32,000 bases of DNA, from contig NC_017039.1 of the NCBI RefSeq assembly GCF_000284455.1, positions 1,500,001-1,532,000 on the forward strand, in the 5' to 3' direction. Source of the stretch: Synechocystis sp. PCC 6803 substr. PCC-P (lineage in GTDB: Bacteria; Cyanobacteriota; Cyanobacteriia; Cyanobacteriales; Microcystaceae). Positions 26,203 to 32,000 of this stretch are shown in pieces; the first letter of the stretch is position 1, and every line of letters begins with the position of its first letter. Under the pieces are notes generated by a model. It saw nothing but the letters and a program-made list of their open reading frames with translations. It ran no database searches and was not told the DNA's origin. The translations under genes were made by a program, and so were the position numbers.

Positions 26203-27449
26203 GATTTGACCCCCAAAACAAAGCCACAATTGCCACAGAACTTCGCTCCGGCGGTAGGAGTATGGCCACATTGGGGACAGATTTGGGGTTTTGGCGGTTC
26301 CATTACCGCAACGGACGTACCGCAATGGGTACAGAATTTATCTCCTTCCTGTAAAGATTGATGACAAGCTTGGCAATAGTTGGGGGTTGAGGCTCCAGGC
26401 AAAGGCTCGAGAGATGAAGATGTAGTCTGTGTTCCTAATGATTGAGAATAAGAATCTATTTGTGGTTTTCCTACAGGAGTAAAAATCTCATCTAAAAGCT
26501 CATAGGCTTTATCAAGGCTAATACTGACTACAGAGACTAAACCATTGGGAGAAGGATCAATATCAAAAAACCATAATGAGTTTTCGGCACGAATTAACAA
26601 AGCCCCTTGCCTACCAAGTAGATTTGTTTCATTATACCCAAGAAGATCGATGGCCAGTATACAAAGACGTCGATGTAAAGATGAAATGAGAAATAGCCCA
26701 CTTTCTGTCCAAGCTATTTTGTCGCCATCACTTTCAATTAATTGACGTTGAGTCAATCTTTTGATTGTATTTAAAAAAGTGCTTTGGTCAATTGTTTGTA
26801 GTTCTTGAGGAAGGAAATGAATAATTGACCAAAATAAATAGCGCTGATCTTCATACTCTGTTACGTTGTCATAAGCCTGCAGTAAATCCTCAATTGAAAT
26901 TGACAAGGGAACTGGTTGATGCAGGATCAATGAAGCGTACTGAATACGACTATATATATCAACTAAAGCAACCAATACAGAAAACTCAGTGAGAGTACAC
27001 TGAAACGAAACATCCGTCTCCCATATGGGTGATCCAGGCTCAATATAAGCGAAGAGTGAGTTAACGAGAACATCACGCCCCTCAACGGGTTGAATTTTGT
27101 AATCTTGGCCGTCATTGACTGGGGCAATAAATAACCAAGGGGCATCATCCTCAATTTTTCCTGTCAATGCCCAAGTCCGCAGTTGACTTATCTGATGGTA
27201 ATAAATGCGAATATCAGCTAATAACAATGGATTGGCAAGAAAAGAAATCCAGTTGATGATTTCTTGATCTAATGGGGATGAAGAATTGATCCACTGATCA
27301 ACACTTGTGTCGTCTTGATTTATATTTTCTTCAGTCTCTACAAATACCTTGCCAAGGATACTTAAAGGTAGACGAAAATGTGATATTAAAAGATTTATAG
27401 ATTTTCTTGGTATAAGTAATGATTCTTTTTTTTTAATAAAATCAATCAT
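26199..27449 (-). CDS. AT-rich gene for a 416-aa protein with a C-terminal double zinc ribbon
   Basis: GGGAG lies 9 nt upstream of the ATG. The N-terminal ~340 aa has no recognisable motif. The C-terminus carries CQACHQSLQEGDKFCTHCG and CPQCGHTPTAGAKFCGNCG. Sampled 60-nt lines are about 30-37% G+C, and there is no HIP1. Confidence 0.75.
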   Translation of the reverse strand: MIDFIKKKESLLIPRKSINLLISHFRLPLSILGKVFVETEENINQDDTSVDQWINSSSPLDQEIINWISFLANPLLLADIRIYYHQISQLRTWALTGKIEDDAPWLFIAPVNDGQDYKIQPVEGRDVLVNSLFAYIEPGSPIWETDVSFQCTLTEFSVLVALVDIYSRIQYASLILHQPVPLSISIEDLLQAYDNVTEYEDQRYLFWSIIHFLPQELQTIDQSTFLNTIKRLTQRQLIESDGDKIAWTESGLFLISSLHRRLCILAIDLLGYNETNLLGRQGALLIRAENSLWFFDIDPSPNGLVSVVSISLDKAYELLDEIFTPVGKPQIDSYSQSLGTQTTSSSLEPLPGASTPNYCQACHQSLQEGDKFCTHCGTSVAVMEPPKPQICPQCGHTPTAGAKFCGNCGFVLGVKS

Positions 27450-27499
27450 AATTTATAGCTCCCAATAAATAGGTTAAATCCGTAAAAACAACAAAGAGC

Positions 27500-30289
27500 T
27501 CAAGTCAATCGCCCAGCTTGAAGATCAACAAGTATTCTATTTTTCATTGCTGCAATTTGTTCTGGTTTTAAGATTTTATCTCCTGCCGAATAAATAACAA
27601 TATCTTGCGCAACAATATCATTTGGAGATTTATTTTTAGGGTAGGTGAACAAAGTTTCTTTTTTGCCAATTTTGTCCCAAGCTCCTGCCTCATTAAAGTT
27701 AATTTCAGCATGGTTACCATTGGGTCGGTACTTACAAACATTTATTTGCTCTTTACGACTAAGCTCCTCCATTGAAGTCATAGCAACATCATCATGACCA
27801 CCTTGACCTTCAACTGGTCTGCCTTCTAACTGTGGTTTAACTTTGTTCTTGATTGCATTGTATTCAGCCTCAGTTATTTTGTTTGCTTTTTTTAAATTGC
27901 TAGCAATCTCTAAACGTTGCTCAGGACTCAAATTTTCTGTTTCATTGAGAATTTTATTGACTACATTCTGCCGAATTTGATATTTCGGAATAGTTGAGTT
28001 AGTTTGCTGGGGCGTAGTTGCTGTTTTAGTAGGGGTTTGCTGAGGGGGAGGCGTTGATTTAGCTGGAGTTTGCTGGGGCGTGGTTGCTGTTTTAGTAGGG
28101 GTTTGCTGAGGGGGAGGCGTTGATTTAGCTGGAGTTCGCTGGGGCGTAGTTGCTGTTTTAGTAGGGGTTTGCTTGGGCGTGATTATTGATTTAGCCGGAG
28201 TTCGCTGGGGCGTGATTGTTGGTTTAGTGGGAGCTTGTTGAGGAGGATGAGCCAGCTTACCAGAAATAATTGGTTTTATAGCTCTTATGGTTCGATTCAA
28301 AATTTCCCCCATATACAATGATGTGGCGGCGGTTTCCATTGCTCTACGACTTCCTTCTATGATGCTGTCTCCTCCTTGAGCCACATATTCTTTGGAGCTA
28401 ATAATTGCCTGAGTTGGAATCAAAATAGCTTCTGAAGCTCCACCTGTTAAGTAAGCAGCGCCAATTCTACCGGCCAGTCTTAACCAAGAAAATTGTCCGT
28501 CTTCTCCCCTAACAGTGGCAAGCTGTTTTGTTGTTTCCATCGCCGCATCAACTGTAGAGTCAAACCAAATATCAGGTTGTGGTATTTGATTGGCAGTGAG
28601 TATTCGACCAGAAATTTTATCTGAATAAAGTTTTCCCAAAGCCTGTAATTTTTGCCTATCAATTGGATCACCAGAGGCAATTTGCTCTCCTAATCGAGAT
28701 AGTTGTGCCATAACGTCTCCTGGTTGTCCAGGATTCATCAAATCTCCTAATCCCATTTTTCCTTCGAATATATCCTTTTCCATCTGGCTGATTCTATTGA
28801 GTAGGTGTTGTCGTTCTTCATAGTCAGCTTTAATCGCCTGCAATGCTTGACTTTGAGCATCTTGGCCCGTTGTTTCTAGGTATTCGTTGCGGCGACGCCA
28901 ATCTTCAGTTTGCTGATGGGTGCTCAGATTATTTTGATGCCAAGCATTGATTTCATTTGGGTCAATTAATCCTCCGGTGAGGATGTTGATGTAGCCTCCC
29001 TTTTCGGGATCATAGACAAGGGTGGTGTGCCGTCCATCGGGATAGGTATATTCAATGTCTTGGGGAAACGTTGTTGCACCAGGAGTGGTGGAAATAACAC
29101 CAGAGCTTGCCATGGAAGCTGAGGGAATTTGTAAACCCCCTAAAATCCATCCGAGCCAAATTGCCAAACCAGCTAAACCACTATTTAAAATAGCTTGGTC
29201 AGTTCCTCCACATTGAATCCAAGTTTGCAGGCTCTGACCACATTCAGCCCAACCGCCGTCATCGGCCCAGACCGGTTCCATTTGCCCTAATGTCAAACTC
29301 CCCGCAGTGAAGATAATAAATAGGGAGAGAGCAGAAGTTGTTGACCGCTTTCCGCTAAAGAATTGCCACAACGTAACGGCGATCGCCGCGATGAAGAATA
29401 GTCGCAGTAGGGAGGGAGCCAGCCAGAGAAGGAGAGCCGCTAGGCCAAAACCCACAGCCATACCAGAGAGAAGTTGTTGGCACTGGTCAGAGGTCAGAGG
29501 GTGGAGAGATTTACCCTTGCGGATCAGTTTTTGGGCATCTTGCCAACTAAGTTTGAGCACTAAGCGGAGAAAGTGAGTGGATTCCTGGAGTGCCACTAGG
29601 GTAAATAACAGAATCTGGAGACTGACCAGAAGATTGCCAAACAACAAAGCAAATACCAACGCCCCGGAAAAGCCCAACCATAGAATAGGAGCTTTGAACT
29701 GGCTACTCTGTTGGCAAAAACTGACGACTGTAGCAGGGAAAGACGTGATCGCTTTAAGATATTGCCCCAGGGTACCGTGTATTAATTGGGACAATAGTAT
29801 TCCCGTGAAAATCCAGAATAAACTACCTGCAATCACCTCACCGCCTAATACTAAAACGGAATCGAACCAGGGATTGGTACCAGTGAGATTAAACCCGTCA
29901 TTGACGACAACGAGTAGAAAAAGATGAAGCAGCCAAACAATAACAATGAGAAAAATTCCTAAAACTATTTGCTTGGGAATTCCTTTGAGTACCGAACCGG
30001 CGAGCCAGCCGAGGAGTTGTCCCAAGTTTTGGGGTTCTTTCATTTGTTGGGTTAATGCTGTTCCTGGCGGTGAATCGGTTGCTTCTTTAGGTGGATTCTT
30101 GCGTTCCCAAGCTTGGCCATTCCAACAGAGCCACATACCACCGGGATGTTCAATGTGCCACCAGTTCCCCTGGGCATCCTGCACCCGAAGACGGTCTAAC
30201 CAAGCAGTAAATTCTGTTGCTGAAATATGACGCTCATGCAACTGCTGACACCAATCATAATACATTTGCTCGGCTTCGACAAAGTCCAT
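27500..30289 (-). CDS. 929-aa polytopic membrane protein with a Pro/Thr-rich repeat linker and an AT-rich C-terminal module
   Basis: AGGAGA lies 9 nt upstream of the ATG, inside the 3' end of the preceding gene. The N-terminal ~100 aa is Trp-rich (..DAQGNWWHIEHPGGMWLCWNGQAWERKNPP). About 8 hydrophobic helices span residues ~105-400, followed by a ~280-aa soluble region. Seven-plus copies of an 11-aa unit (QTPTKTATTPQ / QTPAKSTPPPQ) come next, then a ~165-aa C-terminal module. No family recognised. Confidence 0.8.
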   Translation of the reverse strand: MDFVEAEQMYYDWCQQLHERHISATEFTAWLDRLRVQDAQGNWWHIEHPGGMWLCWNGQAWERKNPPKEATDSPPGTALTQQMKEPQNLGQLLGWLAGSVLKGIPKQIVLGIFLIVIVWLLHLFLLVVVNDGFNLTGTNPWFDSVLVLGGEVIAGSLFWIFTGILLSQLIHGTLGQYLKAITSFPATVVSFCQQSSQFKAPILWLGFSGALVFALLFGNLLVSLQILLFTLVALQESTHFLRLVLKLSWQDAQKLIRKGKSLHPLTSDQCQQLLSGMAVGFGLAALLLWLAPSLLRLFFIAAIAVTLWQFFSGKRSTTSALSLFIIFTAGSLTLGQMEPVWADDGGWAECGQSLQTWIQCGGTDQAILNSGLAGLAIWLGWILGGLQIPSASMASSGVISTTPGATTFPQDIEYTYPDGRHTTLVYDPEKGGYINILTGGLIDPNEINAWHQNNLSTHQQTEDWRRRNEYLETTGQDAQSQALQAIKADYEERQHLLNRISQMEKDIFEGKMGLGDLMNPGQPGDVMAQLSRLGEQIASGDPIDRQKLQALGKLYSDKISGRILTANQIPQPDIWFDSTVDAAMETTKQLATVRGEDGQFSWLRLAGRIGAAYLTGGASEAILIPTQAIISSKEYVAQGGDSIIEGSRRAMETAATSLYMGEILNRTIRAIKPIISGKLAHPPQQAPTKPTITPQRTPAKSIITPKQTPTKTATTPQRTPAKSTPPPQQTPTKTATTPQQTPAKSTPPPQQTPTKTATTPQQTNSTIPKYQIRQNVVNKILNETENLSPEQRLEIASNLKKANKITEAEYNAIKNKVKPQLEGRPVEGQGGHDDVAMTSMEELSRKEQINVCKYRPNGNHAEINFNEAGAWDKIGKKETLFTYPKNKSPNDIVAQDIVIYSAGDKILKPEQIAAMKNRILVDLQAGRLT
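28003..28246 (-). repeat. 33/66-bp in-frame tandem repeat array encoding the Pro/Thr/Gln-rich linker
   Basis: 66-bp units begin at 28005, 28071, 28137 and 28203. Units 28005-28070 and 28071-28136 differ at a single base. Each 66-mer consists of two related 33-mers. Confidence 0.92.
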
Positions 30290-30291
30290 GG

Positions 30292-31314
30292 TTACTTGTC
30301 TCCTAATTTCAGCAGTTGTTCAGCAGGAATATAGTTAACGCCGTCCTTGGTACCAATCCAAAAGTTGCCCGCCTGATCTTCCAGCATGACTTTTACCTCT
30401 TGGTTGGCTAACCCATCTGCTTCCGTCAGGGTTAACCAGTTTTCTCCTGCTAAACGAGCTAGGCCGTCATTTTCTGAGCCGAGCCAAAGCACCCCTTGGC
30501 GGTCTTGGTAAATGGAGCGTACTTTGGCCCCGGCCAATCCGTTTGCCGCTGTTAAGGTTTTTCGGACTACCCAGCCAGAGTTATTGGCTTCCAGTTGGGC
30601 CGCTCCGCCTCGGTCAAAGAAACCAGTTCCGACCCAAACCTTATTGCTGTCCTTGATCCAGAGGCTCGTAATATTATTATGGGGCAGTCCATTGCTGGTA
30701 GAGAATTTTTGACAGGTTTTCTTAAGACAATAATTGAGGCCACCCCGGGGAGCCACAGAGGAACCGAACCACATCCCCCCCTGAGAGTCTTGGGCAATGA
30801 GATTAATCATTAAATCTGGTAAACCATCAGCCATTCCTAACCAACGCCATCCCGCTTTTTCTTTCACCGCCGCCCCCTGCCAAGTGCCAATCCACAACTG
30901 CCCCTGGCGATCGAGATAGAGGGTATTGATGGGTTCACGGAAGCGGGAATCATCCGATTGATAAGCTTGGCAACGTTGACCGTCGTAATAGCTCAGTCCT
31001 TTGTTATGGGCAATCCAGAGCCAGTTTTGTCGATCAAGAACTAAAGCCTGGACAAAATTAACCGGGGGATCGCAGGTGATGGTTTTAACAATTTCTCGCT
31101 TTTGGATATCAATACCCACCACGCCATCTTTTCCCCCAGACCAAAGTATTTGATTCTGTAAAACCAGAGCTGACACTTCGTGGGGGGGACGAATTATTTG
31201 CCAACCAGGGCGTCTTTTGGATTGGAAATTGCGCCGCATTAAACCCAATAACTCCACAGAGAGGATCACAAAAATGCCCAATAGCAACAGAAAACGCCAT
31301 GGTTTCATTTTCAC
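30292..31314 (-). CDS. Membrane-anchored 7-bladed beta-propeller protein (two-component-regulator-propeller / Reg_prop-type repeats)
   Basis: 340 aa. N-terminal anchor WRFLLLLGIFVILSVELLGL. Seven repeats of the type LW.G...G (LWSGGKDGV, LWIAHNKGL, LWIGTWQGA, MWFGSSVAP, VWVGTGFFD, LWLGSENDG, FWIGTKDGV). AGGAGG lies upstream. The track start is GTG at 31314, but the ATG at 31308 has better SD spacing. The TAA stop lies 2 nt before the next gene's ATG. Confidence 0.75.
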   Translation of the reverse strand: MKMKPWRFLLLLGIFVILSVELLGLMRRNFQSKRRPGWQIIRPPHEVSALVLQNQILWSGGKDGVVGIDIQKREIVKTITCDPPVNFVQALVLDRQNWLWIAHNKGLSYYDGQRCQAYQSDDSRFREPINTLYLDRQGQLWIGTWQGAAVKEKAGWRWLGMADGLPDLMINLIAQDSQGGMWFGSSVAPRGGLNYCLKKTCQKFSTSNGLPHNNITSLWIKDSNKVWVGTGFFDRGGAAQLEANNSGWVVRKTLTAANGLAGAKVRSIYQDRQGVLWLGSENDGLARLAGENWLTLTEADGLANQEVKVMLEDQAGNFWIGTKDGVNYIPAEQLLKLGDK

Positions 31315-31328
31315 AAAGCCTCCTGGGC

Positions 31329-31985
31329 TCAGGGATTGGAATGGGGGACTAATTGACCGTCCCGGAGAAGCTGAATATCCGAGGTTAGAAATTGGGCTTC
31401 AGCTAAATCATGGGTGACGTAGAGGGTACAAGCCTGGGTGAAGTCTAAGTAATCCTGAAGATAGGTTAGTAGCTCTTCTTTTAAACCTTGATCAAGGTTG
31501 GAAAGGGGTTCATCCAACAGTAAAAAAGGCGGCCGGGGAGCTAGGGTACGGGCAAAGGCTACCCGTTTAGCTTCTCCTCCCGATAGTTGGTGGGGATAGC
31601 GATCTATCAGGGGGGCAATAGCTAATCGTGCTAACAATGGCTCAATGCGTTCTTGTTGCTCTGTTTTGCTAAGGTGGGCGAGGCCAAAAGCGATGTTTTG
31701 CTGGACAGTGAGATGGGGCCAGAGAGCCGGAGATTGAAAAACAAAACCAATACCCCTTTGGTGGGGCGGTAGATAATGCTGGGGACAACTAACCTGGCGA
31801 TCGCCAAGGTAAATTTCTCCTCCATCCAGGCGATCGAGACCAGCAATCAGTCGCAGGAGGGTGGTTTTACCGCTACCGGAACGGCCAAGAATGGCAGTTT
31901 TTCCCCCTGGAGGAATAGTTAGACATAGTTGCCGTAACACCGCCACGGAACCATAGGTTTTGCTCACCTGTTCAACTCTGATCAT
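31329..31985 (-). CDS. ABC transporter ATP-binding subunit (short, 218 aa)
   Basis: Walker A GRSGSGKTT, signature LSGGEAKR, Walker B FLLLDEP, H-loop YVTHD. Resembles importer-type (Fe3+/polyamine/sulfate class) ATPases but lacks the C-terminal regulatory domain. Any partner permease would lie beyond the window. Confidence 0.9.
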   Translation of the reverse strand: MIRVEQVSKTYGSVAVLRQLCLTIPPGGKTAILGRSGSGKTTLLRLIAGLDRLDGGEIYLGDRQVSCPQHYLPPHQRGIGFVFQSPALWPHLTVQQNIAFGLAHLSKTEQQERIEPLLARLAIAPLIDRYPHQLSGGEAKRVAFARTLAPRPPFLLLDEPLSNLDQGLKEELLTYLQDYLDFTQACTLYVTHDLAEAQFLTSDIQLLRDGQLVPHSNP

Positions 31986-32000
31986 ACTTTTTCCCCCGGC

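Noticed and set aside
1-32000. Scan for tRNA, rRNA, CRISPR arrays and long non-IS repeats
   Set aside because: No T-loop/acceptor-like GGTTCGAAT contexts outside coding frames. No regularly spaced direct repeats with spacers. The only repeats found are those listed: the IS ends, the 15-mer, the two in-gene tandem arrays, and the short promoter-region repeats.

Overview
This window reads as chromosomal DNA from a Synechocystis sp. PCC 6803-type cyanobacterium. The HIP1 octamer GCGATCGC occurs about once per kb, and the gene order ndhH ... coaBC-isiB-isiA ... nblA2-nblA1 fits that genome. All calls come from hand translation and by-eye pattern reading; no searches were run.

Positions 1-23 kb are mostly recognisable housekeeping and stress genes:
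- a TamB-like giant protein, truncated at the window edge and therefore absent from the ORF track
- a Tat-signal FAD/Rieske carotenoid-type oxidoreductase
- cobO, a SpoIID-like protein, ndhH and two alpha/beta hydrolases
- an 871-bp IS5-family insertion sequence
- the iron-stress operon isiA-isiB-hydrolase-small ORF-coaBC
- rbgA, ychF, galE and the nblA1/nblA2 pair

Positions 23.3-31.3 kb form an accessory-looking block of uncharacterised genes, and it is the best candidate for an undescribed system:
- a secreted protein made of a tandem-duplicated Cys-containing domain
- three adjacent proteins carrying four CxxC...CxxCG zinc ribbons between them
- a 929-aa polytopic membrane protein with a near-perfect Pro/Thr-rich tandem repeat
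- a membrane-anchored 7-bladed propeller protein, translationally coupled to the 929-aa gene and lying downstream of an ABC ATPase

In the 929-aa gene, the C-terminal module and the next gene downstream are sharply AT-rich and lack HIP1.

Smaller observations:
- a 59-aa Cys/His-rich micro-ORF in the isiA-isiB spacer, just below the ORF-track length cutoff
- a perfect HLR1 (RpaB-type) element upstream of nblA1
- a Fur-box-like palindrome at the isiA promoter
- an unusual arrangement of IS terminal-repeat copies around the IS, reaching into the last codons of coaBC

No tRNA, rRNA or CRISPR array was seen.
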